From contig NC_045697.1 in NCBI RefSeq assembly GCF_009834535.1, positions 19,780,001 through 19,844,000 on the forward strand: a stretch of DNA of 64,000 nt, read 5' to 3'. The notes under the pieces are model-generated. The model ran no database searches, was not told the origin of the DNA, and was given only the letters and a program-made list of their open reading frames with translations. Of the stretch, positions 1 to 12,634 are shown in pieces. This DNA comes from Camelus ferus. Taxonomy: Eukaryota. A program made the position numbers and the translations under genes. How positions within the stretch are numbered: the stretch's first letter is position 1; each line of letters begins with the position of its first letter.

Positions 1-739
1 AATATACATGATCTATGTATTTTTTTATCCAGAAAGACTAGATTAAAATTTTTAATGTCTATGGATCTGACTGCTTATGATTTGGCTCTTTACTGAGGGA
101 TAGGTGCAATGCTTCTCCAAGTTCTCCTGGTTGGACAGAGGTGGCATTGTGCAAATATCACTTCCAAGAAGTAAGTGTGCAAAGTTCAGATTCCAGCTGA
201 TCACCTCTCACGTGTGTTACAATGATCAGGGTATTTGAACATTCTGAGCTACTATTTTTTAAAATTTAATATGAAGAGAGCAATGTCCTCTTTGATTTCA
301 TTTATTCATTCAGTACCCAGATGTCATCTCTGATCTCAAGAAGATTTTAATCCAGTGGATGATAAGAAAGATAGTTGATGGACATAAGCCCAGTACCTAC
401 TCAAGTAGACGCCACAGACTTCCAGCCTTGACTGTAATCATTTAGCATCTGTACCATATTTCAGGTCATTAAGGTGGTTTCTCAGTCATTTTTTCATGAA
501 GGAAATTGAAACTTAAACAATAATTTTGTTGATATGTTGACGGACAAAAGAACAGGGAAGAAAGATACTTGTAGGAAAAAGAATAAAAGACACCAGGTTA
601 AACTGAAGACATAAGAGTATGGGGCTATATACATCAGGAGAGATAAAATGATGTTAGCATTACATTGGCAATGATTGTGATCAAATTTTGTGATCATTAC
701 TTGTTTTTATTTACATCAAAGTCTGACAAATACTACTAT

Positions 740-940
740 GTGGCAGAATGAAAGAGGCAAAGGACCTTGGAGCCAGACTTCAAGGTGCAAATCTGTGACC
801 TTGGGTAAGATACAGATCTCTGTGCCCCAGTCTTCTCATCTATCGAATGAGGACAGTAGCAATACCTATGTCACAGGAAACACTAAGCATTGTCTAGCAC
901 ATTGTAAGCACCATGTGTTTACTTAATTGAGGTTATTGTT
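740..940 (+). mobile_element. MIR SINE fragment
   Basis: Core-like text TGTGACCTTGGGTAAG...CTCTGTGCCCCAGTCTTCTCATCTATCGAATGAGG, resembling the MIR core from memory. Confidence 0.75.
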
Positions 941-2013
941 ATGGTGTCTGAATTTGTATTTAAAATCAGGTTCTAACCATAAACTTCCCAAACAAAAAAT
1001 GATTTCAGTTAATAACCAAAGAATATTCTACCTTTAACATCTGAAGATATTGAAACATTTCAAGGTTGTGTGCATTTTTCAAGGATCTAAAAGTTTACGG
1101 ATGATCAGATTGGACTGGAACAGGGGTCTTCCTGCTCCCAGCTCAGTCCTTTACCCAATGTCCTCTTCATTATGTAAATAGCAGACTCTGCTTCTCATCC
1201 ATGTGTTGAATGAATGTATCATCTGAACAGTGCTTTAAGGGACTAAACTGAGAATAGAATGACCTTGAATGTTTTACATCTTGAGAGCACACTGTCACCT
1301 TTCCTTAAAGTGACGTTGACATAAATGTCCTCGAATAAATTTATGTCCTCATCTCTACTGACTCATTAGGCAGAATCAAGTTTGCCCATCAGTTGAAACA
1401 GAATTGGAGGAGAGTGGCCTTGTCAAGTTGACATATAGAAATAACCATCACAGGTGGTGAGGGAGAAAAAGCATTTTCAAAGGTGCCAAATTCAGAGTTG
1501 GTTAAGATAAACAAACAAAACAAACCAGCAAGACTAACTGTGGCAAATATTCTTTCTGTCAGTAGCAGGTCTTCATGTTTTGTTTCCTCATCTCATGCTC
1601 AATCTAGTCCCCTTAATATTTTATTTGTGGAGACTTTTACAATTGAAGAAAAATATTTCATTTGTCATGTCTATTAAATTTTTATTTAGTTTTCCAACAT
1701 AAAATGTGGTTACTTTAAATTTTTCAGCTTCTAAAACATTAATATTTATTGAACGAAAGTTGAATAAATCCAAAATAATTCATGGAGCTTAAAAAGTACA
1801 AATCCTAAGACATTCCCCTCTCATGTATCACACCAAAATCCCCACATTTCCTGAGATTTTGCCAAATTCAGTTACACAAATAGAAGAAACAAATAAAACT
1901 CACAAACAAGCAAAACCTCCCTAGTTAGGTAATTGTGACTAAAGCAACTATTACAGTGAATTCACAGATTTGTGAATTTCTAATAGTCTCTGAATATAAA
2001 GGATTTGTTATCG

Positions 2014-2453
2014 TGTTGGTATATATGGCTGAATTAGGCCCCCAGTGATGTCAATGTTTGAATTCCCATAATCTCTGAATATGTTATCTAATAAAAGGTA
2101 CTTTGCAGACATAATTAAGTTAAGAATCTTGAGATCGGGATATTATCTCAAAGATGTCCTTATAAGAACATGGCAAGAAGCTGGAGGTGATGTGATGGTG
2201 GAGGCGGAGATAAGACTGATGCAGGTAGAAGCCATGGAATGCACAGCCTCCAAAAGAAGCTACAAAGGGTAAAGGAATAGATTCTCTTCCTTGGAGCCTC
2301 CAGAAGGAATAAACGTTGCAGACAACTTGATTTCATCCCTTTAAATTTTGCTTTGGATTTCTAACCTCCAGAACAGGAAGACAAAAAGTTTGTGTTGTTT
2401 TAAGCCACTGAATTCAAGATGCTTTGTTACAGCAGCGATAGAAAACTAACACA
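2014..2453 (+). mobile_element. MaLR solo LTR (MLT1C/D-like)
   Basis: TTTGCAGACATAATTAAGTTAAG, GAGCCTCCAGAAGGAA and the typical 3' end TTTAAGCCAC...GTTACAGCAGC...AAACTAACACA. Confidence 0.85.
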
Positions 2454-2479
2454 TGCAACAGTGTCAGTGAGAGTTAACA

Positions 2480-2690
2480 CATGGTGAGTGCTCTCTCCCA
2501 GCATCACTCTGTTAAGTCCTTTCCACGGAGATGATAAAATTTAATTTTGAAAGTCATGAGGCAGAGATTAGTATCATCTTCATTTTTACAGAGGACAGAT
2601 TGTAGCCTATAGACATTAAATCACCCATGGACTCTTTGTTAGTAAAATATGACCCAGAATTCAATCCATGAAGTCTGGCTCCCATCACAC
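2480..2690 (-). mobile_element. MIR SINE fragment
   Basis: Antisense MIR-like text (ATCTTCATTTTTACAGAGG...GACCCAGAATTCAATCC...GTCTGGCTCC). Confidence 0.6.
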
Positions 2691-4211
2691 ATCCCACCTC
2701 TACTCCTTCCCTGCTTATCCGTGTTTATCTCTGAAATTCCTGGTCAAAGGCTGTGGATAGAGTCTGGCCACAGGAGGTAATTTGATCACATGAAATTATA
2801 AACTGCTATTAATTTGAAATTAATTGGGCAAATATTTAATAAGCACCCAATATATAGCAGGCATTTTACTAGACAGTAGACTATGTGGGTAAGTAAGATA
2901 AACATGACTCAAACCCTTGGAAAGCTTACAATCATAGCAAACATGTGACCCTCTTTAATGGGATTTATTAACATTTCCAATCTCTATTCTGCACTTTTTG
3001 GGGCCTGCTTTTCAGCTGTTTCTTAATCTTACTAAATGCATTACCAATGCTGGGTCACCACAAATGCAGTTTTCAGAATATTGCAATTTGAAGTAGATGA
3101 GAAGAGGTGTTTTAGAAAGATGAACAGAAAACATGTAAATACAATAGTTCTTGTAATATTGCCATCAAAATCCCTGTATTGGAGCATTCTTTACCAGTAG
3201 CGAAACCACCTTTAATTTTCATTTCCTTTACTCCCTGGAAAGTAAAATGAATTAAGCAGCATTTTCCATTTGTTTTTAAATATGAAGGGAAGTTTTGAGA
3301 AAGGCATTTGGGAACATAAAAAAAAATTTAAATACAGCAGTGAGTTCAGAGGACAGATTCACAACCAGGGAGAAAAACAAAAGAATGCTTTTAAAAAACA
3401 AAGGGTTTCCTTTTTCACTCCTCTCGTTTCCTCATCTTAATGCTTTTATGAGCCGAATATTTTACAACCTTATGTTAAATGGAAACAAAGGGCTTCATTG
3501 CATATTATTAAGTATAGAATTATAAGAATAAGTCCATAAAATATATTGCATTTGGACTTCCTCCAACTCTGTTTTTCCAGTGCATTTGAGCTCATTATAT
3601 TCAGCTAGATCTATTGATTCTATTTCTACAGATTCTAAGTGTTTTTTTTGTGTGTGTGGTTTATCCATTGTCCTCCTTTTAATTAATAGCAGATATGTAA
3701 TAGGGCACCAGACAGTATTTATTCCATAATATTAATTCTGCACCTGCACGGAGGCACAGGGTTTTAGGAGAAACAAATGCACAAGCTAAGCTGCATGCCC
3801 TCCAAGGTAAAGTTCTGTAGGGTGCACTGTGGCGTGATTTCCCCAGGGGGAAACGTGCGTTCTACTTCTCCCTGAATTAAATTGGTCACTTTAACTAGGA
3901 GGACCTCAAACTCTGCATCTGTAAAATAAGGATCTCTAGGGTTCTTTTCAGCATCTATGTATCGGATTTCTGTGGACACTTTCTGGCTTTCTGGCTCGTG
4001 TTGTATTCTCTGGTGCATTCTGAAAAGAGCCAGCTTTGGGCTCTTTGAGATACATAGGGAAGTCTGCTTTCCCTGTGGGAGGGACACTGAGATTTTGGCC
4101 TAAGGAGTCTTCCAAATGCCTCTTGGAAGTAAAAGAGTGGCAAGTTTGCTCACGAACCGAGTCCTGTCCCTTATCTCGTTTTCTTTTTCTTTATTGGGTA
4201 GCAAGTGTCTC

Positions 4212-4230
4212 TGGCCACCAGGGGGCAGAA
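4212..4230 (+). promoter_or_regulatory. CTCF binding motif
   Basis: TGGCCACCAGGGGGCAG matches the CTCF core CCASYAGRKGGCR at all 13 positions; flanks (3.8-4.4 kb) keep more CpG than background. Confidence 0.7.
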
Positions 4231-4879
4231 GGGCTTTGGGTAATCCCCGAGGGGATCTACACGCATCATCAGTTCCCGAATCTTGGTTCCGTTTTAGAGC
4301 TCCGAGTTTTGGAACCCCTTTTCCGTGTTTTCACAAAGTCATCAGCACAACGACATCTAGATGGAGGAGGCAGTCTGCCTCCTAAATGTCTCCAAAGTCA
4401 TATATCTTATTGCAGAGCTTTCTTCCTTGGTAGGGAGAAAAGCATGTGGGGCATTCTACAGGTAGTTATAGGACTGGATGGAAATAAAGAGAGTCAACAA
4501 AAGACTGATATATATTGACTTGGAGAGCAAAAAAAAATGTGTCCTAGATTCCACATCATTAAGAACACAACCTTCAATGTACAAGACGTTAAACAGTTTT
4601 GTACAGCCTCTAAATGCCAGCTCTCCTTCAGAACGATTAACCAGGTGAGAGGAAACAAATAATAATAACAATAATGGCAATAACCACTTTAAACTTTGGT
4701 CCATTTTCAAATCCCTGTTGAACTCCTTGTGCTTAATGCCTAGTACTTTATCTTCCAAACTGTAGTGGCGAGTGCTTCATCAAATCTAATCCGGTAGGTA
4801 CTATTGACAGTGGTTGAGGTCAACACACCTGCTGATTTGGAGCTGCTTCTTGAAAAACAGGAACATTCTTTCTCCCTAT

Positions 4880-5060
4880 CCCAAGACAAGTTAGCCTTTC
4901 TGATGTGAGAACTATGAGTGATTATTTCCACTTACAAGTATTCATGAGAAAAAATATGGATAATTATACCTTACTTTCAGTATTGTTATGGTGACCAAAC
5001 AAGAGGAGGAACATAAATGCTTAGCCTGGCATGTGGCAAACACTCACAGACGGCAGCTGT
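4880..5060 (+). mobile_element. MIR SINE fragment
   Basis: Degenerate MIR 3' half (ATAATTATACCTTACTTTCAG...AAATGCTTAGCCTGGCATGTGG). Confidence 0.5.
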
Positions 5061-5768
5061 TATTTCCCTCTTGTAAAATGAACTGAAATGATTACAGTTG
5101 CTCCCAAGCAAAGATCTGTATGACTTTTGAGTTTTTTTTTCCAAGCTAGCTCCCCTGGCCTAAAAGAGAACAGTGAAAGGAACCACAGCTCTGATCCTTT
5201 TCCAGTCAGAAAGCGATACCATGAGATTAGGGACTGTACTGCTAGACTTCCTGAAAACAGTTATGAGACAAAAGAATTCAAAACAAAATCATTAGGGGTA
5301 ACCAGGCTAAATGCAAGTTTTTCCTTTTAAAGGTAGAACAAAGAGATGCTCTCCTTATTGGACTTTCGGGCTAGAGGTGAGAGACATCTTCTTCCATGTC
5401 AAGCATAAAATATGGATTTATATTCTAAAATATAAATACCACATCATATACTTTCTTATGTGTAGCCTATTGTGTATACTTTAACTGATTAAAGGGATGC
5501 ATCTTGGAAAAAAATTCTATGGCCCAAATTTGGTAAGTGAAAAAGGATCAAGTAATAAAACACTAATAAAGAAAATATTTACTAAGAGAAAATTGTCCTT
5601 AAATTAGGAAACATTTCAATTACTTATTAATACTAGAAGCCAGTATCCACTGAATATCAATTTCATAAAAGAAACAAAAATAATTTTTGTCAATCTCATT
5701 CATGAACTACAATAACGCACTTTTGTATCTTCAGACTAAACATATCTGCAGGGATATTTTTCAGTTCT

Positions 5769-6634
5769 CAGGAGCAGATTAACTATGAAGCTAAAAGAAT
5801 GTAGCTTTAGGGTTTGTCATTTCCTGTGCCCTGTAAATACTGGAAGTTGGGAGTTGTAGAGAACTGCAGATGAGGGGGAAAAGTCCAGGTTTAATGAGAA
5901 GTATTTCTATGGAAACATTACTTACAAATTGCCAAAAAAAAAAAAAAAAAAAAAGAAGAAATCACAGAAAAAGGACTCGAATCTCAGAGTAGTCAGTGAT
6001 TTTCCCCCCATTCTAAATATTCATTTTATACTTTTGTAGGCAGAATAATAGCCTCCAAAAAAGGCTCACATCCTAATACCTGGGAATCTGTGAATATGTC
6101 GCATGGGAAGAGAGATTTAAGGTTGCAGGAGGAATTAACTTTGCTAATCGACTGACCTTAAAGTAGAGAGATTAACTGGGTGAGTGCAATGTAATCCTAA
6201 AGTCCTTAGTGAAAATGGGAGTCAGAAGAGTCCTTGTCACCCTGATGTGATGTTAGAAGGACTCAACCAGCCATTGTTTGCTTGAAGATGGGGGAAACAG
6301 GCTTCAAGCCAAAGAATGTGGGCAGCCTTTCAGAAGCTGGGAAAGGCAGGAAAATGGAGTCTCCTGTAGAACCTCCAGAAAGGAAAACAGCCCTGCTGAC
6401 ATATTGATTTTATCCCAGTGAGACACACTTTGGGTTCTGGCCCCCAGAATTAAGATAATAAACATGTTAACCTACTAAGTGTTAACCTACTAAGTTGGTA
6501 GTAATGTGATAACAGTAGCAAAAGGAAACCAATGCAAATACTTACTTTTGGATTTGCAATTTAATTATTTGTTTTCTTGGAGAAGACCCTGAATTGTGTA
6601 GGTTTATAAACTCACAGAACCTGGTTCCATCCCT
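5769..6634. mobile_element. hAT-Tip100-type DNA transposon relic (Zaphod/MER115-like), split by an MLT1D LTR
   Basis: Left end CAGGAGCAGATTAACTATGAAGCTAA; right end GAATTGTGTAGGTTTATAAACTCACAGAACCTGGTTCCATCCCT. Both resemble recalled termini of this group and form degenerate terminal inverted repeats. Confidence 0.55.
6035..6536 (+). mobile_element. MaLR solo LTR (MLT1D-like)
   Basis: TGTAGGCAGAATAATAGCCTCC start; TTGAAGATGG...GCCAAAGAATGTGGGCAGCC...AGAAGCTGG; ends AGGAAACCAATGCA. Contains a perfect 15-bp tandem duplication GTTAACCTACTAAGT at 6466-6495. Confidence 0.88.
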
Positions 6635-7159
6635 ATTGATACCGTACATGAATGTCGAGTTTATTAGCATGGACGTGGTTTTCCCACAACTTGTATTTAT
6701 TCCTCTCCCAGGGATATAGATATATTTTATGATGTCATTGTCCTTCCCCTGGGAGCACTGGACCCTCTCAATGTTAATGAAATTCCTTTTCCTTTTCCTA
6801 ACACAAGGATCATGGGGAGACAAAAGAACATTAGTTACTTTACAACACTTTGTGCTTTTGTAATCTTTAACCCAAATTGGCCTGATGGAGATGTGTGCTG
6901 TGTGCTCCAGCCTTATGTTTTTCTTAAATTGGCCACTAAAATGAAACCCTTCAGTATAACTATTGAGATTCTAATATAGTTACACTGCGTCTGTGAAACT
7001 TGTTAGGGCTCTTGTCTTCCCCATCACTAACAGCCAGTGACATATTCCAATTTATGGGTATAGCTGTTTGTTGCCTACTTCCTGTTGGGCACAGAATGGG
7101 ATCAGTGTGCATATCTTTAGAATATTTATGATATTAGAGAAAATGAAAAGAGAAGAAAT

Positions 7160-7400
7160 GGGAAGATTATATTGTTTGAAAGCTTAGAATGTATAACTGC
7201 TCTGTTAAATGCTTTATATAAACCTTTTTTATTTCATTCTTCCAATATTGCTGTAGGTTGGATAGTCTCATACTCCTTTAACAAATGAAGATATTGAGGC
7301 TTTAAAACATTATTTGTTTTGCTCCAGGTAGGTAATTGGTAGATAGCCAAATTGGAATGGGATTCCAGTTTTGGTTTGTATGACTTGAAAACCTATAACA
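7160..7400 (-). mobile_element. MIR SINE fragment
   Basis: Antisense MIR-like text (AATGCTTTATATA...TTTAACAAATGAAGATATTGAGGC). A further piece lies at about 7920-8060. Confidence 0.55.
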
Positions 7401-8598
7401 TTTGAAAACCCCTATCATCTACTCCTACCTGTGTCTAAGCTTGACTTTTCCAGGCTAGTGTGCACCTGCAAGGAGTGTGTTAGCTCATCTGAACGGTGAT
7501 AGTGTCTCCTTGGGTACAACACGGGCTCTTCCTGACTCCTGTACCCTCTCCTCAGTTTCCTTTCCACTTAGCCTATTCTTGATTCAATTCGTTTTCTGGT
7601 TCAGGAATATCTCTTGAATCTTGCCTGATATTCTCCCTTGATTAGACTAGGTGCTCTTTTGACTCCCATGCCTACCTTTCTCATAGGAACCGTGCCAAGG
7701 GAAAGGTGCCCTTTCACTCCTCTGCCTTCTGCACTAGATGCCTTGAGCCTTGTGGAATAAATCCTTCAAGTCCTAGGCAGATCTAGGGCTTGGTCTATGC
7801 CCAGTTGAGTTAATAAATATATTCCCTGACTTTGATGTTTCTGTAAAATACTTTTCTAGGAACAGAAGACGTGAGGATTGTCTTTATGAGTTTAAGGAAA
7901 TTAAGGCATTAGCAGCTTTTTATGCTTATTAAATATGTCTCTTTTGTTTATGTTATCACATTACTCCCCAGAATAACTGTGTAAATTGGGATAGTTTTAT
8001 CTTCATTTTACAGATGAGCAGACTAAGGCTGAGAGCTTAACAATCTGGACTCAGCTTGTACTGATTCAGGTGTTACTGCAACAGAGAATTATCCATTATC
8101 ATTAGTAGTAGTGCTACTATCATTGTTGTTATTATTTGAAGGCATTCCTGGGGATAAGACACAGTGGAGCTGGCTGATTTCCTCTGAGCATATGGAGGAA
8201 AGCAGACACTTCAGAATGCTGAGGTCCCCACAGCCTGCGCCATGTGAGGCGGGCTCCTGCCCTCCTTGAATCTTGACATACTCTACCAGAGCTTGGCAAA
8301 GGTTCAGAACCAGATTAACATTAAGTATTTCTTCCTCCCTAAGCATCCCCAACTCGTGCCTTCCCTGGCCAGCTCAGATGCTGCTCACTGTGAAGGCAGG
8401 TCACGGATAGCGAATCCTCAAACACATCAAGTGGTAGGGCTTTAAAAAACACATAGATTTGTGACCCAATAATGACAGTCTACAACTGGAAACAGGTGTC
8501 CATCAACAGGAGCTTGGATAAAATGGAATGAAGAGACAAGCATAAATATAATTATATGGATGAAACTCAGAAACATTATATTGAGTGAAAAAAAAAAG

Positions 8599-9102
8599 TA
8601 TACTGGTTTGCTATTGCTGCTGCAACAAATCACCACATACTTGTGACATAAAGCAAGGCAAAGGTGTTATCTTACAGTCCTGGAGGTAAAGGCCACAATG
8701 GGTCTCCCTGGGCTAAGATCAGTCCTGTTAGCAGCTGTTTTTGTGCCTAGATGCTCTATGGAATAATTCATTTTTCTGCCTCTTTCAGCTTCTGGAAACT
8801 TCCCACATTCCTTGGCTTGTAGCCCCTTCAACCTTCAAAGCCAGCAACGTTCAGTCAACCCTTTCCTAAGATGCCATTTCTCTGGTTTTGACTCTTCTGC
8901 CTCCCTCTTCTTCTTGTGGTTACATTGTGCCCACTCAGATAATCCAGGATAATTTCCCTATTTCAAGGTCAGCTGACTGGCAGCCATAATCCCGTGTACG
9001 ACTTTAATTACCCCTTCACATCACGCCATGTAACGTGACATGAGCGCAGGTTCTAGGGACCATGAGGTGGGCGTGGGGGGGGGCATTATTCTGTCATTGC
9101 CA
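8599..9102 (-). mobile_element. MaLR solo LTR (MLT1D-like)
   Basis: Reverse complement of the family at 6035-6536 (CTATTGCTGCTGCAACAAATCACCAC...GATAATCCAGGATAATTTCCC...GGGCATTATTCTG). Confidence 0.88.
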
Positions 9103-9325
9103 GTCCTGCTCAAAGGAGCATATGTGTATGACTTCCCTTCAACCAAATTCTAGAACCAGCAAAATTAATCTTTGTGGGGAAAAAAAAAATGGAAACATGG
9201 TTGCTCTCGGGCTTAGCAGCAGAGATTAAGAAGATGCATTTGGCAACATTCTGGAATGATGCTGATGTTCTTTATTTTGATAGAGATTTTTGTTACATAG
9301 GTGTATAAATTAGCCCAAACTCAAT

Positions 9326-9328
<3 letters not shown>

Positions 9329-9374
<46 letters not shown>

Positions 9375-9393
9375 TACATACACACACACACAT
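9329..9393. repeat. Compound (TA)n/(CA)n microsatellite
   Basis: Seen directly. Confidence 0.95.
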
Positions 9394-11689
9394 ATGTATA
9401 TAATTTTTGTTATATATGTAAATTTTACATACATACATTTTTATTATATGTAAAATGTTTGTTATATGTAAATTTTACCTCAAAAAGATAAAAAAGAATC
9501 CACAGCAAATATCAAACTCTTGTAAATGGTGTCCATGTGTAAATATTTAGGGGAAAGTGCACTGATGTCTGAAATACAGTGACAATTGGATTAACGGGCA
9601 AGTTGAGGGATGGATGATGGATGGATAAACAGGTACATGGTAAATCAAGTGTAGTAAAATGTTAGTTGTAGGCAGTAGTAGGTTAGTTTTAGGTCTCTGT
9701 GTTTACTATAAAATCATTTCGATTTTCTATATGTTTAAGAATTATAATGAAACATGGAGGGGGGCATGTATAGGTTAGGGGTAGCGATACTGTGTATCTG
9801 TACCACACTCCTGCTTGCTCTCTTTACTGTCCTCTGGGCACTGAGGTTGGACTGCACTACAACACTCAGATTACAGGATAGATTAATCCTTACTGAGTTT
9901 AGGAACTCACTTTGGCCCCAAAGCTCTCTCTTGCTATTTTCCAAACCTAGGTTTTGAGAGATTTTTGAAAAACAGTGAATCCCACTTAACGCTGCTATCC
10001 CATTAAAGCCTTTCTGGGCAAAATTAATCCTTTTGACTCTCAGCCCTGGCAAGATGTTGTGTGTGTGTGAGGGTGGTGGGGTGGGGGGTGGAGTTCCGTC
10101 TCGGGTGTTGGGTGCACGTGGATAGTCAGAAATTTATTCTAGAGAACCCAGCACACATCCTTACCACAGAAGAACCTCAGTCAGACGCTGCAGCTGCGCT
10201 CTGATGAAAAGAAACTATAGCAAAGCTGATTCCTATTTCTCCCCAAAAGAGACTGCCCAGAGACCGGTCTCTCTCCAGTGTTATAAATCCCTGTCACTTT
10301 ATTCCATCTGGCCTCTTTGAGGCCTGCGTGCAAACCCGCTCATTTGTCACATTAGGCTCCAGTGGAGCGCGTGGACAGCCCATTACACTCTCATGAAGGA
10401 TGCTGATCTTTTACCCCATCACAGTCAGCCGTGCATTTGGATATATGCCCTTTGGAAAATTCTGAAATGTGCCCTCAGCTTCAGAGCTTCTCAGGTGATT
10501 CCTCCAGATGCCGAACATCCCCCTTCTCTCGTGGACGCAGGCGGGCTTTCTGGACGCGCACGCAACTGCTCCCCATAGATTCATGGGTGTTTCTCTACAT
10601 ATGCTGTCAGTGGGACCACATTCCAATCTGATTTTTAAAAGAAAAGGACAGAGTTGTACCATTTATATATATATTTGTTTGTTTGTTTTAAAACACATTT
10701 GCTTTGGCTTGTGAGGATTCAAGATGTGATCTCTGGGCCCTCGCAAATTTCTGGTCTGAACTAGGCCCCCTCTGTCAACACTACAAGGTCAGTAACACGG
10801 GGCTCCTTAAAACCAAAGTCTCATTTGTCGTAACTGCGGCTACATGCATCTCCCTTCCCCACTCCTCCCGACTGTGACAGACTACAATAACTCAGATAAC
10901 ATCACTGGTAATAAAATGGGCCTTTTCCCTCGACACTGCGCTTAGCAACTCTCCACAGTCCAGATAAATTCAATACTTTCCTATGAAAACCCAGGCCCGG
11001 TAAAAACACAACCTCCGTGAGTCCCTGGTGATGCTCTCACTGGCAGTTGTTCATGGATGATAAATTGCTTTGATTCCAGAGAGTGGCAAAGACTGCTACT
11101 TAAGTTGAAACTTATGAAAATACCAGAGTGTACTTTGCTCACGTGCAGTTAACATCTAATTATTCTTTGCTGGCTTCTCTTTCCCTTTGTCCCCCGCTGT
11201 TTCAAGCAACAGGTTGATTTTTCTACCTGAAGTCTGTCAACTTCAACTTACCCTTCTTAAATGACTGATGACTTTGTTTATATTTCCCCTCAAATTCCTT
11301 CTTACTTCCCTTTGTTATTTCTTTGATTGGAGCTTTATTCCTAATGAAACTGTGACTTATTTTTTTTTCTTGAGGATTACTTCATTTGTAACAGGCTTAG
11401 AATGATCTAATGGTTGGATTCAAGCAGACATACCTGACTTTTCCTTGATACAGAAATGTGTATTCAATTTGTTATTGACTCATTTGTCCTTTTATTGATT
11501 CGACATTCACTGTAAACTTCATATTTACACTTGCTGAGTATTTTCAGATATTTACAATTACTTTCAATCATATTAACAATAAACCTAAACTTAAGTAACT
11601 CTGAGTTGATAGAATATTTTAGATCATAAAAGAAATAGTTTGTGTATATGAGAAAGGAAGTGGCATACAGGAAAAGGGTAAGACCAGAC

Positions 11690-11692
<3 letters not shown>

Positions 11693-11734
<42 letters not shown>
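11693..11734. repeat. (TG)n microsatellite
   Basis: About 21 TG units seen directly; probably the microsatellite-prone segment of the adjacent MLT2 LTR. Confidence 0.95.
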
Positions 11735-11735
<1 letters not shown>

Positions 11736-11760
11736 ACATATATATTTAGAAATACTGTGA

Positions 11761-11903
11761 CTTTATTTATTATTTATTTTTAATTTGGGGATGGTAGGTA
11801 ATTAAATTTCTTTCTTTCTTTCTTAGTGGAGGTACTGGGGATTGAACCCAGGATCTTGTGCATGCTAAGCATGTGCTTTACCACTGAGCTATACTCTCTC
11901 CCC
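11761..11903 (-). mobile_element. Camelid tRNA-derived SINE (Vic-1 type)
   Basis: Minus strand reads GTATAGCTCAGTGG (A box)...CATGCTTAGCATGCAC...GGTTCAATCCCCAGTACCTCC (B box), followed by an A-rich tail. Confidence 0.9.
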
Positions 11904-11918
11904 TATTTTTTTTTTTTT

Positions 11919-12342
11919 AAGAACTTGGTTCAAGTGATTATGGAGACTGAGAAGTCCCAAGACCTAAGATAGGCAAGCTGGAGACCCAGAGGAGCCGATG
12001 ATGTATTTGCACTCCAAAAGTTGGTGGCAGACTTGAGATCCAAGATTTGATGTTTCAATTCAAGTTTAAAAGTAGGGAAAGACTGATATCTCAGCTCATG
12101 CCATCAGGTAGGAGGAATTCCCTCATACTTGCAAGAGAGTTAGCCTTTTTATTCTGTTCGGGCCTTCAACCGATTAGATGAGGATCCCCCACCCGAGGGA
12201 GAATGATCAGCTTTATTCAGTCTACCAACTCAAATGTTCATCTCACCCAAAACATCCTCACCAACACATCCAGAATAACATCTCACCAAATATCGAGGCA
12301 CCTGTGGCTCTATCAGGTTAACACATAAAGTTAACAAGCACA
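11919..12342 (-). mobile_element. ERVL LTR (MLT2-like)
   Basis: GATTATGGAGACTGAGAAGTCCCAAG...GCAAGCTGGAGACCCAG...GGCCTTCAACCGATTAGATGAGG...GTTAACACATAAAGTTAAC. Confidence 0.85.
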
Positions 12343-12634
12343 CTGCCTTTGACCTTCTTCTACCTAAATAACCTCTTCCAAGAGAAATCTCGTCACTCAC
12401 CTTATCTTTTATAGATGTGAAAATTGCTTTATTACATTTACCCTTTTAAATGCACTCTTCTCCCCATGTTCCTTATCTAGATTAGTAGTCACAATCCACC
12501 AGTCATTCCAAATCCTCCCCATTTCTTACACAGCCTCAACAATCAGTTCTCCCTCTTCCCATGCTTACTGTTTACTTGTCTATTAGATCAGCTCTTCACT
12601 TCCTTTTACCTCAACTATTACTGTAATAGATTCT

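Larger units (their letters stand above)
8470..9760 (+). mobile_element. Old L1 3' end (L1ME/L1MC-like), interrupted by an MLT1D LTR and a microsatellite
   Basis: ACAACTGGAAACAGGTGTCCATCAACAGGAG...ATGGATGAAACTCAGAAACATTATATTGAGTGAAA resumes after 9102 with typical L1M 3' UTR text. Confidence 0.75.

Noticed and set aside
1948..1987. Small hairpin (AATTCACA-GATT-TGTGAATT with outer ACTATTA/TAATAGT)
   Set aside because: Too short and AT-rich for a miRNA precursor; expected by chance. The same applies to the 10-bp stem near 55324-55348.
3764..4931. Cluster of 60-160 aa ORFs on both strands (possible retrocopy)
   Set aside because: No recognisable protein, no consistent frame, poly(A) or TSD; overlapping ORFs on both strands fit locally higher GC.
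11830..11903. tRNA gene
   Set aside because: A/B boxes are present, but they are followed by a SINE body and A-rich tail, with three dispersed copies.
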